Assembly: GCA_037447605.1 (NCBI GenBank) | Contig: CM074807.1 | Location: 3,794,829-3,858,828, forward strand | Source: Zygnema circumcarinatum SAG 698-1b | Taxonomy: Eukaryota > Plantae > Zygnematophyceae | Length of the DNA stretch: 64,000 bases | Direction of reading: 5' to 3' | In this document: in pieces, positions 1-13,797 of the stretch | Numbering within the stretch: the stretch's first letter is position 1 | How the letters are laid out: each line of letters opens with the position of its first letter | Program-made: the position numbers and the translations under genes | The notes under the pieces: model-generated | What the model saw: only the letters and a program-made list of their open reading frames with translations | Databases searched by the model: none | Told to the model about the DNA's origin: nothing

Positions 1-1400
1 GTCGCCTGCAGAAGGATACAATGCTAACCACTCTCTCGTCAAGTCCGCCTTGACTTGGCTTTTTTCCACGCTAGTGGAAATCATTTAGAAGGCCTCAGAA
101 AATTGTGTTGCAATGGTACAACTGAGGTGCGGATGCTGATTATTTTGCTAACTAAGGCAAGAGTAGAGGAAACAAGCAAATGTTTGCTATTGCTTGCTTC
201 TTCTATTCTCTATGAATGAACTCTCAAGTATTAGTGTTGATGTTGATTAGAGCGTTATTGATTGTGCAGTTAATATGTATTTGAAAGCAAGAAGAACAAA
301 GTTCATAGAGTGCATCAGAGATGCCATGCCTAAAGTGAAAAAAAGTGAATATGAACGACGCCTTATTACTACCAAACAATTCGATGGCAGAAAAGGAAAC
401 ACATTAGCATGACTAAAAATATTCACGACGTTAGACACATTTGACAATATGGAGTGTGTTTCCTAACCCAGAATACAAGAGTTACAGAGAGTAGTACAAC
501 AGCAAAACGAAACTTTCTTTTCTTGCATCGCAATGATGCAGCTGTTTCTCTCCGATCTCTCCCCATCTCTCCCCAGGATTCGGGGCTGATTCAGCCGTGC
601 TTACCTTTGCCATACATTTCGGCCGTGTCAAAAAAATTGACTCCGGTGGCTAATGAAGCCTTCATCGCGTCCTCCACAGACTTCGCGTTGGCAGGGTCCC
701 ATTTCCACGTACTCCTGCATTTTTTATGGATACAGCCGAGCGTCACATCAGTACTGTTCGAACAGCGCCTTGAGCAAATGCTCCAATGGGTTACAACTTT
801 CATAAAAGGAGAATATTAAGAATGTATGGTCATGGTCTTCTCTAAATTCTCTGTAAAAGAATGTGACCTTGCCAATACTTCTCCTGATTCTGCTGATTCA
901 CTAAAGAGTTCGCTTGCTGCTGAATCTACTACATGTGGACGGCAGACTATTGCTTCTTGCTCAATGACAACAGTAGAAATCCTTGCGTAGATATGCGAAC
1001 TCTCCAAGCTTTCCATCCTTCCGTATTATGTCCAAAAAGAATGCTGTACATAAATTTAGTTGAATACTCCAAACAAAGACTTTTTCATTCTTCATTATAT
1101 CGTTCAGTTCAAATATTCTGCGGTTTTTAAATCGCTGACTGCTGCTTTCAAACTCCTTATTCATTCAACTAAAGTGACACGAATTTATAGAGTATCTCAT
1201 TCTCACTTGTCTCCCCACGCCCATGTCCCAACGCCCATGGGCGAAACATTGACTCCTGTCCGTCCAAGCTTCACAAAATCCGCCAAGGGATTGGCCCTCC
1301 ATGGCCTCCCTCCCTCGCTGCTCCCCTCCTCTGCCATAGCTCTCCTCTCAACAGCGCTCGGCAGCTCCACTCCAGCCCCTACTGCAGCCGCTAAGGTCAT
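1..1400 (-). CDS. Aldo-keto reductase family protein (5' part; continues beyond the window start)
   Basis: ATG at 1400. Exons 1400-1207, 714-605 and 5-<1 are joined by GT-AG introns in frame. Translation VKLGRTGVNVSPMGVGTWAWGDK-STWKW...GVNFFDTAEMYGKGD contains the AKR G.G.W and FFDTAE.YG motifs. Confidence 0.93.
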
Positions 1401-2078
1401 CTACTGCAGAGCTGTCTCCCTCAGCCTCGTTTGTAGCGGAGCGCTCCAAGACAGCGACGTCAGCCATGGCGGCCTCGTCCCGCAATGTGATGCAGGTTCA
1501 GCTGCGGCGCAGCCATGGCTGCCGGCATGGCATGACACGTGGCGGCCGAAAGTTTCGCATGACTCGCATGGCACATGGTCCCAAGAAGCCATGGCCATGG
1601 CCATAGGCATGGGCATGGGCATGATGGCAAGGCATATGACGGTTTTCATAGTAGGGTGCACTACGACAACCATGGATGAGTGAGTGGTGAAGGAAGGCAC
1701 GAGGAGAGGGCAAGATCTTGCATTCTTATGCTTATGAAAACAAGAGACGCCACTCAACGACAGCATTGACTATACGGGTACCGAACAAAAAGGGACAGCA
1801 ATTGATTGTGCCTAAAAGCACCTTTCTATCGCCAGCGCTTTCTTTATGAGTTCATAACTAAAGAAGAAGAGGTTTCAACATTGATAAATGAGACCAAATA
1901 GCTTTCAGCTCGAGAAGCTGACTCACTACACTACACTATGTCCTACCAATGATGTACAAGAAAGAACTTTTTGGCTTTGCTCGAGATCAATAGCATCAAC
2001 GAAAGTATATATAACATGGCCTCTCTGTAGATCGCGGTAAAACAAACGGGGAGGGAACACCAGAACCAATGTCTGATA

Positions 2079-5000
2079 CTAAAAACGTCGAGATTTGTTA
2101 GGGTAAGCGCCAGTCCCATATGTTTGCATAGGGCGCTCCTTAGCACGTGCCTGCAAAGAAGATTTCAAACGATGTTAACTGCTAAAGCAACACCTGTCAC
2201 ACCAAAGACCTACTGCAGAGGGGGAAATCGAAACATGTACCTTGAATACTATCATGCTTGGTCCCCCACACACTTCATCACTCTCACTCTCCGAATTTTT
2301 AGGCCCTTGTCACTTAGGGTTGGAAGTACCTCCCTGGTGAATAGTCCTACAAGATGGTCTACAGCTCCGTATTCATCCAACACAACGGGAATCTCCCTGA
2401 CAACACCTCACTTCTTCACGTTCACGTTCCCAACTGCCGCTCGTTTTGCCACTCGTCCAGTGAGGGCGAAATGAACTGACCTGCTGCTGTTGTTGCTGCT
2501 GTTGTTGCTGCTGCTGTTGCAATTGCTGTTGCTGCTGAGCTTGAACCTGTTGTTGCTGCTGCTGCTGCGTCATGCCCCTCCCGCCATACATGGGGTGCAT
2601 GCCATGGCCGCCAGGACCTCCTCCAAGATGGGGTCCTCCCGGCCCTGCTCCGCCCCTCTGCATGGGAGCCATGGCTCCGCTTCCCGGCTTTATGCCCGAG
2701 GTTGCTACCGCTGCTGCAGCAGCAGCAGCTGCAGCAGCAGAGGCAGAAGGGGGCATCTGCGGCATCTGCCACCAAATAGCATTCCCCAATCAACCCAGAG
2801 ATAGTCGGCATCATGCTGGATGTAGATCACAATGCTGAGGTAAAGTGCACTTGAATTGATGAAGTAGACACTGTTTAAAGGGCTGTGGTCTCCACCCCAT
2901 CTATCTATCTATCTATCTACAAAGACTTTCATTACATTTCCTCATAGTTTTCAAGTTTTGGCCTTCTGAGTGCACATGTTCCACCAAGACGTTGCTCACA
3001 CAACGAATTATAACCAGCTCACCGATTGGTGCTGAGGCGGAGGTTGAGAGGGCGCGTGAGCTCCATCGAAGTCAGTGGAATGGTCAACCGGACGGTTGGG
3101 ATAGTTAACCACTTTGTCCCCTTGATGATTGCTTATGAAAGCGCTGCAATCAAGGAAGAGGGAGAGCAGACATCGGTAGATGCTCTCAGCAGGACCACTA
3201 CTTCGACTCTCTCATTCCCCCCCAAACCGCTGCCTCACGACCCAAAAGAAAAAGGAAACAAAAGGGAAGAGGAGGGGGGAAGCCCTACAGTTGACTGCAA
3301 TCTAAGAATGAACTGACGAAATAATGTCGTTCATTATGACATGAAGACCTTCAGAGACTTTCTAGAAATCATTTCATGAGAAACCGTATAGTCAAGTGAG
3401 CTCAACGAGGGAGAAGAGATACTGACTTTTTTCCAGGAAGTGGATCTGTCTTGAAGTATCTGCAGTCAGGAAAAGCACAGAGAAAGAGGAAAACCGATCA
3501 ACATAGCTTTGACCATATATTCCGCAGAAAGTAATTACTGTCAAACAACTGTTTGTGTGGGCGTCAACACCCACAAGCACACATAAACGCACTAAACCCA
3601 CTCCTGCAGTTTAGGAGACGAGCCAATTAGTACTACTGGGAGGTCTTTAGACTTCTAGAGTGCAGCCATGCCTCTCTTTCTCTTTCGTTCTCACTCTCTC
3701 CCTCTCTTTCTCTCGCACTAACTGTCTTCCCCCCCCCCTCTCTCTGATATTGGGAATGTCCAGCCACTCACTCGTGCTCCAATGACTGTGCTGCAGTAAT
3801 GCGTTTTTTTGGATCATACCTGCAAGAGACGACTTCCCGATAATGAGGGGGATGGGAGGGAACAGAACTGAGAGAGAGCGGAGCGAGCATCACAAAACCA
3901 AAAAAGTCACATCGGTCTTATGCAAAACAAAACGCTCCTATTCTATGCAGATGCCTATCCTATCCTATACCTCACTTGGTCCAACTTGAAGCTGGTGAGA
4001 GTCTGCATGACTCACTCCAGCATCGCTTTAAGGAGGTCGATGGCTGCGTTTTTTCCGGCAAAGATATTCCCAAGTGCAGGCTGTTCGCTGATCAAACCAC
4101 CCGCAACCGGAGTAGCAAATTCAGAAAGACCCAAGTTTGCAAACCTCCCATCTTCCGTAAAGGAAAAAAGAAGCGGCAAAAATCACCAAAGAACCCTGCA
4201 CATCTCCATTTCCCCCATTCAGCAGCTCAGAGTGGGAGTGGGAGTAGTGGTAGGCACTCACTACTTCCTCGCCTGAATAAGCTGACGGTTTGCCTGCCAG
4301 TGAGGGAGATGCTGCAGAGCTGGCCACTTCTCCAACGTGGGATGCCCTGTTCTCCCACCGAGGAAAAAGGAGAGATAAATAAGGAAATTGGGGAAGAATC
4401 AGACACTAATAAGGATGAGGTAGGGAGAGAAACCTGGCCAGAGAGGGAGAAAGGGAGAAAAGCATATCTTTCAACATCTTGTGTGAGAGCAGCTTCTCAC
4501 CCAGCACTCGGAAAATTTTATCCAGCTGATCGACCTGCAGAGTAGAGGTCACCCGTCACATGTCCAACATAAGACATTTGAATGCCACCAACATAGCCAC
4601 TCGTGCTGCTGAAATAGAAAGGAACAAAAAAAGGGGCTTTCCCATCGCACCTGGAAAGGATTCGGTGAGCTCTTATCTTCCACCCCTTGAAAGAGCGGCT
4701 TTAGGGTGAGAAGTTCAGCAAAGATGCATCCCACTGCCCACATGTCTGCCATTTGGTGTTCAGATCAAGGAATGACTTTGCAGTGGTACAAGGGGCCGGC
4801 TCGCCAGCAAGACAGTAGAAGAACATGGTTCATTGTGATGGCTGCATCTGCCCTTTCTTTCTAGTCAAAACCTTTCATGTATAAACGGCAAAGTTTGGCA
4901 GGATACCGACAGCGCAGGTGTAGTGCTTAGAGCCTAGGAGAAGCTCTGGCGAGCGATACCATATGGTCACAACCACCTGCATGCAAACCCTAAAAACATG

Positions 5001-7344
5001 CCATTACATTACAATCTCCTCTTCAAACATGGAACTGGAGAACTTTGCGACGATTACAACAATGATGACTCCAATGACAGAGCTATGCTTATACTTTCTC
5101 ACCCCATTGTCTGCAAGGGGCTTTAAAGGTGCTTGAAAGATCCTCGCCAGCCCAAAATCTCCTATTTTCACCACTCCTTGCTCTTCTCCTTCTCCCATAA
5201 CCTGTTCAACCACACCATAAGTGAGGGAGAATCAATACATGGAAGGAAACCCTTTATCCAGTACAATACAAACGTTCTCACATACAAAGTCGTAGCTGCT
5301 TTGCAGATGTCTATACGAGCAGCCGCTTGCATAAGGTGCTTACGAGTATGTTAGAAGGCTTCAGATCTCGGTGAATGATCCAGTTGCTGCCCCTCCCCAA
5401 TTCCGTTCAGAATTGAGCGAAAACAAAGTAACACGGAAATCAAAACTGTTTTTCCGGCCAAATGACCATCTCAAACACCTCTCGTACAAAAAAGCAAGTA
5501 TCGTGGCTCAATCTATGCCTTCCAAAACAAGCTCCTGCATCGCGATTCGTAAAGCACACATGAAATCGGTTGCGGTCAAACAAGGCAACAAATGTGGCCG
5601 GCTCACCTGTGCAGGTAGTTGAGTCCGTTGAGGACTTGCCAGAGAAGTGACTTCACAGTATACTCCTTGATTTGGCAGCCCATCAGCTTTTCACGATGAT
5701 GCCGAATGATCTCCTATTATGCGAGAAAAAAAGAGAGAAGGAAATAAGCCGGAAGGCAGTTGACAGCACACACCCTCGCCTCAGAGGGAATGAACATCAA
5801 AATCAAGTAAGGGAATGATAACCAAATTTTAACTCTCCCCATGGCAAGACTCCTACTGCCGGCTCTCCCCAACAAAATACCCCCACCTCCCTACTGCAGG
5901 CCCGTCTTGCTCGCCACCTGCTTCCCTTCTCTACCATACTCCTTTCTTTCTTATCATATACCTCTCCTACTCCCCGACCTACTCGTTTCACTCTTCTTGT
6001 TCCCTGACCCTTTTCCCAACCCCCCCCACTCCTCCCCACGTAGCAAAGGTAAGGGTAGGTGGTGGGGCTCACGTAAAGGTCATACTCAGCATAGTCGAAG
6101 GCGAGGTACAGCGACATATCATGATGATTGATGTGCACATTCACCAGCTTCACTATGTTTTCATGATTGCACTCTCGCAATAACTGTACAGCCAAGAGGC
6201 CCAAAGTTAGAGGATCACGGCAATTACGAAGAAACTCCATGTAATCAGGTAGGCATTTATGCTAAAGCGACATGCCTTGAGAAAGTTTCGTTGGATGAGC
6301 TCCAAAGAAGCATTCTCGGGTATAAATTTCAGAACGTTCAGGTCTGCGGTCCTCACGCAAGTCGAAAGTGGTGCAAGATCAAATGGGGATGCATTGTCAC
6401 CTACTCGCTTTTACAGCGGTCTTCACAGCAATCAATGTTCTGAGGAAACATGACTTAGCAGATATTGTTCAATACCAAAACACCTGAAATGGGACATGTG
6501 TAGGGCTCCTACTCATCATGGACACACAGGTCATAGACAACATAAGTTGTTGCGAACAATGTGAGTAATCTTTCCTCCATACCACTATTCATGTTTTAAA
6601 CTTCTTTGTCTTTGAAACCGCTTTTATTATGAGCAAGCTGCAGCTCAAGTGCAGCGCCTGCTTCATCATGATTTACCACGTAGGAAATTTTTTATCAACC
6701 AGTTTCAACTTCAGCAACCATCATCCAATTGCTGCGGATGATGTAAAAGAAAAGGGCCAAAATATCTTGAAAAAGAAAATGTCGATAGAGCTAGATTGTG
6801 GAAGAGTCATCCCCGACAAAGAGATTTTACTAGAGATGGAAGGAGGAGGCCCACAGTTCACGGTTTTTAACTTTTCCTTACAATGATTATTTCTGCGTCT
6901 TGAATATTGTGTGTGACAAATTGAATTGTATTGTACAGTACAAACAGGTCCAAGGGAAAGAAAAATGATAGTCAGACTATTCAATCATTCGTAGAAACCA
7001 TCCCTACCTCTGCCTCCCGCCCAGCTTCCAACGCCTTTGTAATGACTTGGAAAACATTTGTAACCTTAAAAAAATGCCTGGATAAAGTGATGATCCTCCA
7101 GAATTTAAAATATCCTCACCATGATTTCTCTAATGGCGGTAGGAGAGACTCCATCCCCTTCCTTGGACTGCTTAAATTTCTTGATCGCTGTGCGTGTGCC
7201 GGTCTTTGGCTTGTCCTTGTTCCTTGCAAGATACACAAGACCGTACGTTCCCTCTCCAATCTTCCCCACCAGGTCGTACTCATTCAGCCACTCCGGCCTA
7301 TGCGGCCTCAACACCTTCTGCATCTCCGAGTGAGGATCCGCCAT
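2079..7344 (-). CDS. CDKE1: Cyclin-dependent kinase 8 / CDKE (Mediator kinase), 15 exons, ~499 aa, with Ala/Gly/Gln-rich C-terminal tail
   Basis: Exons 7344-7120, 6183-6073, 5713-5607, 5386-5344, 5201-5103, 4976-4907, 4745-4651, 4534-4501, 4346-4262, 4087-4016, 3819-3772, 3459-3427, 3143-3023, 2765-2481, 2150-2079 sum to 1500 nt in frame. Motifs GEGTYG, SPTAIRE (CDK8-type), [14 protein letters not shown] and C-terminal PNKSRRF. The ORF-track start at 7353 is TTG; the first ATG is 7344. Confidence 0.96.
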
Positions 7345-8126
7345 AACTTCCAAAGCAACACCGAGCGCCTCCCTCAGCTCGGCCAGGCATGCTCAGAGTG
7401 CAGCGGAGAGCGTCCGCGCAGGGCAATTCCCTGCCTCGCGCCCTCCCCCATGCCTCTGCCGGGGGCCCGGGGCCCACCCGCGATCCTCCCTCTCTCCCTC
7501 CCACTCCCACTCCAATTCCGAGGAGACGGCCCCGCTATGGCCGTGGACCGGCGCCTCCCTCAGCGAATGAAAGAATGCAGATGGGGAGGCCAAGTGCTAC
7601 CAGCACTGCATGCATGGCGGGACGCTGCGGGGCATGCCATGGCATGGCCCCATCCCATGCCTATGGTCATGGCCATGGGCCCATCATCCCGCCTGCGACC
7701 TTGCTCGCGCTGATATCTCCTACAACGCAGACGTGGCAGCCACGAGGGCGCCACGTAGACGCCATGTAGGTGAAGCAGAAAGGATGCTCCATGGAAGCCT
7801 CCAGTTACAGTTCAGTAGAGACGACATGGAACGGCGTTCTCGTTCTGTTACTGAGTATCTAGACAGGCAGCATGTGAACGCTCGAGAGGGCACAGTGCCT
7901 CCCATGGCTCTGAGCCCTCACACCCTCTCCCACTCCTGCATCTCCCTCTTCCTCTGCCTCTCCCTCCTCTCCCTGGAGTGAGAGGGACTCCGCCTCCTTG
8001 CTCCGGCAGGGGAGTGGCTGGAGAGGCAGGCGCCTACTCCAGGGAGGAGATATTCATCCAGATTCTCGCGCCATATTCTAACAATCTTCGGCGCCACCTT
8101 GTGCAGGAGCCTGGCAGCGCAGCGCA

Positions 8127-11100
8127 ATGGCTTCCAGTGCAGGTCTCAAGCGCCTCTCTGTAAGGCTAGCGAAGCAGCTGCGCAGTGTGCGGCACATTGC
8201 AGCTGCCAACCCTTCTGAAGTAACCGCCATAGCTGAAGGCAGGGCTGAGAGTTCCGTGCATGAGAGCTCTGAGAGCTATATTCTTGCGGGATCAACGAGA
8301 GCTTGGACAGATAAAGCAGCTCGGATAAGCTCAGGCGCGCAGGCTGCAAGGGGAATTGATTCAAGAGTGCCTATGATCCTGCAAAGAAGAAGCATAAGCG
8401 GCGGGAGGGTCTGCAGAGAAGAGCAGCTTCTTGAAACGGGGCAGGTTTCAGAAAGTTCTGAATCTGTTGACGAGCCAACTGCCCTGCATGTGTCCTCCAT
8501 TGATTCCACAAATGAGGCTGGCGAGAGCCTGAACGATGAGGGGAATGAAACTGAAACCCCTGCAGCAGCTAGTACTGGGCAATTAAGCGATTCTGCAGAG
8601 GATTCCGTCCAGCAATCAGTGGTTCAAGCAGCGCAAGCGCCTGCTGGTAAGACGAAGACAGAGAGGAAACAGGAAGCCGCTCGAGAAGCGGCTGCTGGAA
8701 AGTCTGTGAAGGAACTTAACCAAATGCTTAGTGAGCTTGTCTCCCGCGGGCAGCACCTTGAGGCGAAGTTCCTCTTTCAGGCTTGGACGGCAATTCCTGA
8801 TAATGAGCCTTCAATTCTGAGTTACAATTTTCTGCTGCATGCCATGGTGCGGCACGGAGACAGGCACGAAGACTTGATGGCGACTTTGACTGAATTGGAG
8901 AATCGTGGTTTGGAGCCAAACATGCTTACATACAATTCAGTCATTCGGGCTGCTTTTCGTGATCGAGAATCCTATAATGCGGAGTCTATCTTAAAACGGT
9001 GGGTGGTTGATTCACTCGAAATTTCACATGAATCAACAAGAGTTTTAGCGAGGCACTTTCTGAATTCACCATGGTTTTCTTTTGGTCCTGAGACCTATCC
9101 TTGTACAGCCGTCACTTGTGAACGGCTAAAGCACTGTATTCTTTGCTCTTATTCAAGATGTTATGTCGCAAAGAGTGATACACGGCATGAAGAAATGAAG
9201 CACAAGTTAAAATCTTGTTATGCCGCTTTTATTTGAGACTGAAGTAATTGGAGCCTCCGATTGCGTCGAGTAGCCGTTTTGGTGTAATATGAGAGGGACT
9301 TTTGGCATGTTTCTCTTCAATGTTATATATATTTTTCGGTGGTTTTGAACCTCTGGCTTCATGTAAGGAGTCAAGGAGAGCTTTACTGCTGTAGTTGGTC
9401 GTCGTAAGGCCGCATTCTAAGGGATACTTCGAGCTCTACTCTAGAGAGTCATCTGTTGCGCAATTCTCGAATTGGAGGCATCCTCTTTGTATCCATTAAT
9501 GATTTTGCGTTGCAGAGGGATACATTCATTTGTTTCGGTTGTTTATAGTCAGATGGCCGCCGGAGGAATTTTTGGAAAGGTTTTGATGTGCTTTTTGACA
9601 CTAATACGTTTTGGGGTTTATTTTGTAAGCTTCCGGTGGCTGTTAATGCTTGATAAAATTCTTGTGCGACTGGATATGTCACTCCTTGATAGATTTACAG
9701 CTCTTGGTATCAATTCGTTATGGTTGAAAAGTAACCATTTTTGTGGTTCATTGTTTCTGAAATAGTATCGTCTTCGTGTGTACAGAATGGAGTCAGGAGG
9801 GCCTAAAGCTGCTCCTGATGCAGACTCGTACAACTTGGTGATATCAGTGTGTGCTATGTCGAGGAGGATAGGAGCTGCTCTAGATCATATGCAGAATATG
9901 CTGCGACGAGGCTTTTTTCCCTCTAAGTCCACATACAATGAGGTGTTGGCAGCCTGCTGTAGACAACGTCGCACCCGTGACGCCATCGCTATCATAAAGG
10001 AGCTTAAGGTCTGCTCTATTCCCTTCTCTTCTCTGTTTTCTTGTGAATGACAGCGTTTTTGCTTAGGAGTGGAACCTAATCAGCTTTTCCAACAAATCCG
10101 TATTCGATGTTTTTTTTCCCGTTGAGAAAATACGCGTGTTTTTACACATGGGACGGAAGAATTAGCTGGGATGAACCTTTTACTGCAGCGTCTGCGTAGC
10201 GTGTGTTTTAATGGTTTCCATGTTCATCCATTTTTTGCAGTCTGCGGGCATTCCTCCGATACCTGGAACTCTTGGGGAGCTGCTGACAGCTTCCATCGAA
10301 GCTGAGGATGCAGAATGCTGTTTATTGGTGCTTCAAACACTTGCAGAACGCAGGTTACCTGTAGATCATGGTACTCTGTTAGGTGCCCTGAACTTGGCAG
10401 CACGCGGAGGAAATGCCCTATTGGGAGAACAAGTATGTTTGGACTTGACGGCTCAGAATCTTGATCTCTTCCATTAAATTGCAATGCAGACAATACACGT
10501 CGAAGCTTGTGTAGTGGACAGGGTATGAAACGATCAATTGATTCTAATCGCGCTCAGGGTACCATTCTGTGTTCTAAAATCTTACTTAATAACAGGAATA
10601 GGTGCATGTGTCGACAGCTTGTGTTGATTCTGGCACAGGCAGACCAGAGATCCATTTTCATTTCAGAAGACAAATCGTATTGTAGCTCTTGTACCTGAAG
10701 CTTTGGTAGTTGGATTAGATGGGCATGTGTGGAGGCTTCACAATTTTTGGGGGTTTTGCATATAAATCAGGTTCATTGCGATTCAGCCTATTTCATGTGC
10801 TTCTTACTCTGACTCCAATAGTGTTTCTCTGCTCACTTGTGTAGGCCTGGGCGTTGGTGAGGTACTATCTTCGTTCCAAGCCGGCTATTGGTCCTTTCCA
10901 TCTTGCACGCATCCACTTTTATACAGCATCTGCAGACTTTGTATCTGCTTTCCGCGCTGTGAGGGAGATGGAGGAGGACTTAGTGAAGAGTTCTGAGGAA
11001 GGCAACGGCATGGAATCAGATTTATTTTCACCGTTCACATCACTCAGGCCCTTAGTATTTGCCATTAGTCGAGGAGTAGGCGTTCTAGACGGCGTAAGTT

Positions 11101-12797
11101 ACAGAATCTCACCTATTTGAGAGATTTGACCGACTTTCGCAAGTCTGCAGTTTTACCGATTGTGAAAATCATCAGCCATTCTGTTTTCACGAGCAACATG
11201 GTTTTGCACTTACAATTGCTTTTCACAATTCTAGAGACATCAGGTTCACATTGCCTCGTCATTGTTTTCGTTTAGTATTTGTGTTTATCTATGGTGACTG
11301 AATCAGACACGTTTCTTGACGGGGGAGTTGTGCAGGCATATTATAAGCTGGCAGACATGCATGCTGAGAGGGAGGTTGTTTCACTTTCAGCCATCAACTG
11401 TGTCATTGCTGGCTGTTCTGCACTCCGAGATATAGAACGTGCGCAGCAAACATTCGATGAGGTTGAGAAGACTTTTGAGTTGACTCCTAATGTGCACACT
11501 TACAACGCGTTGATGGACGGCTATGGCAAGAGAAAACAGGTAATGCAAACTCTTATCCATTTCAGGAAATCCAAGACGCTAGAATTGAAGAGCTTAACTT
11601 GGGAGTTCCTTCTTTAGCTCCTGCATTTGGAATCGCTCGCATTCCTTGAAACACATGTGTTCTCCTTAGTCTTTGCTTCCATCTTAAAATGGGTGGATTT
11701 GCAAGCGCCATGCCATCAAATTCTTTGGTCTTGCGCTGGATTATCCAACCCGAAATTAAATGCAGGACATCTGCCAGTCAGCCATCTGGGCCTCTGCCCT
11801 TCTTTGTGGTCGACGGTTCACATCCAGCAGACAATTCTGTCTATTTGTCTATGCGATGTTGTGTCTTTTTCTGTATGGTATCCTCGTGATACAGTCTGCC
11901 GTGGTGCGTTTGCAATGTGAGCAAGGTTGTGACGAAGTCCATAAGATTGCTTTTTGTGGCCTTCTATCAACTTTCTCCCGCTTTTGCTTTCCTTCGCCAT
12001 TTTACATTTTAGTGGTCACACTCGTTCTCCTCCTCTCTCTACTCATCCGTTTCCCCTTCCCCTTCCCTGCCACTTCGTTGAAGGAGAGTGGGAGTTAGGG
12101 TTTTTTGACCTTTTCCTTTGATGTATTACTTCTTGGAGCCTCTCTCAGATTGTGGTGTATCGAATTGCTGTGGCAGGCAGCTAAAGCTGAGGGGCTGTTC
12201 AACGACATGAAGACGAAGGGTTTGGTGCCGAACGCAGCTTCATATGACAAGCTCGCGAACGCCTTCATCATGAACCACGAAGCTTCTAAGGCACACAGCA
12301 CAGTGATTGCCATGGTAATCCGTCGCTTCTTCCAACTGCATCCATCTCCTCTTCCTTTTTCAGTCGGAAAATGCTGTCTTAAACTCGGAATCATATAATA
12401 ATAAATATATATATATATCATAATCGGATCGGAATTCATTGCATCTCAGTGCTCTCAGCCCTCCCCTTGTCCGAATGATCTGCAGATTGAAGCTGGGTTC
12501 ACGCCTGCCAGAGAGCTCTTAATGTACCTTTTCCGAAGATCAAAGCGCTCGGATTACCCATCAGGAGTTGATTTTGCCGTTCGAACGATCCGTGAGATCG
12601 GCTACAGAGAAGCCAACGCGGGCGAGGTGAGGCGGCGGAACATGCTCATGGAAGTGAGCGGAGTGACGCAGGACTCGCGGCCGGCAAGGAGGGAGAGGGG
12701 CCCGCCTCCCTCTGCGGGTAACGAGCCCTCTATGCAGCCCGATATGCAGGGAAGGTGGCAGGACTCCCCCGAGCACGAGCACCGGAACTGGCAGTGA
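8127..12797 (+). CDS. P-class pentatricopeptide repeat protein, probably organellar (resembles Arabidopsis At1g26460 type), ~729 aa
   Basis: Exons 8127-8998, 9786-10008, 10241-10432, 10845-11093, 11336-11539, 12177-12314, 12486-12797 (2190 nt, in frame). PPR motifs PSILSYNFLL, PNMLTYNSVI, PDADSYNLVI, PNVHTYNALM, PNAASYDKL. LFSPFTSLRPLV and AINCVIAGC recall At1g26460 (from memory). Confidence 0.92.
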
Positions 12798-13797
12798 CAA
12801 TCTGAGCCATGCCGGTCTTACTCTGTCACTCTCAATCCATCTGTGAGGTCGCAGGTAATGGGAAGGGAGGTGGAGTAGCCATATAGTACGAGGGAGGAAA
12901 GGGGGGTTTACGGTACACAATAGTTCCAGCACGTTTTGGATGCGCAAACCGCGCACCTCGCACCAGGGGAGGGAGGGAGGGGGTTCCGGGGAGGGATCAA
13001 TGCCTTCCAAGTCCTTGGCATCACTCTGTCGGGCTGTGCGGACATTTTATGTTCAGGTTCTCAGCAGTCGCCAGTTGGTGAAAAGAGTACTGCCCTTATT
13101 TTTTTCCTACCAACGGTAACTTCTCCATGGCATTTTCACGATTGTATTTTGCAAGCAATTGCTGAGAAATATTGTGTCTTTCCGCTTTGACAAGCTGTTG
13201 TGTGATAGTAAAAAACGGAGATATGCCATACTCGATTGTTTCTGTAGTGCTACCACATACGCACAAGCCAGATTCTGCAGGGTGAAAGTGATGTGTGCGT
13301 CCAAGGCCGCACAACTTCATAGCTAACGGTGTGTGATGTAGAGCCTAAGGACAGCGCACCATGAAATGCGGTTACCAGCATTCAAGCGCAAAGTTCACCA
13401 CTACACTGAGCTCGCCTCCAACAACCAAGCCACTTCACGCATGACGCATGACTGCCTATTACATGGAACAAGTTGACCAAAACACGACACAGGTAAAAAC
13501 ATATATATGCACTAAAACAATATACACTGCAGTGCATTTGCAGAACACGGAACTATCCTCAGCAGGGTGAAAGCCATACAATGCAGCGCTGCAGCCCCTA
13601 TACAACACCTTCCACTGTCCGCCCACCCCTCCCCTTCCACCTCCACTGCGTACCTGCCCCAATGCCAGCAAGAGCGGCTTCACTAACAGCTGCCAGTATG
13701 GCAGCAGCTGCCTACTGCCACACTGTAACCCTCTCTATTGAGCCCTCCCTCTGCTCACTCCTCCAGCAGCTCTCCCTCCCCTCCTGGCCCGAAGACA

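Noticed and set aside
2422-2838. Poly-Leu, poly-Cys and poly-Ala ORFs in other frames and strands
   Set aside because: Shadow frames of the CDKE polyQ/polyA exon.
3920-7981. Plus-strand ORFs of 118-260 aa (3920, 3976, 6931, 7389, 7610)
   Set aside because: Antisense to CDKE exons or GC-rich promoter; no motifs.
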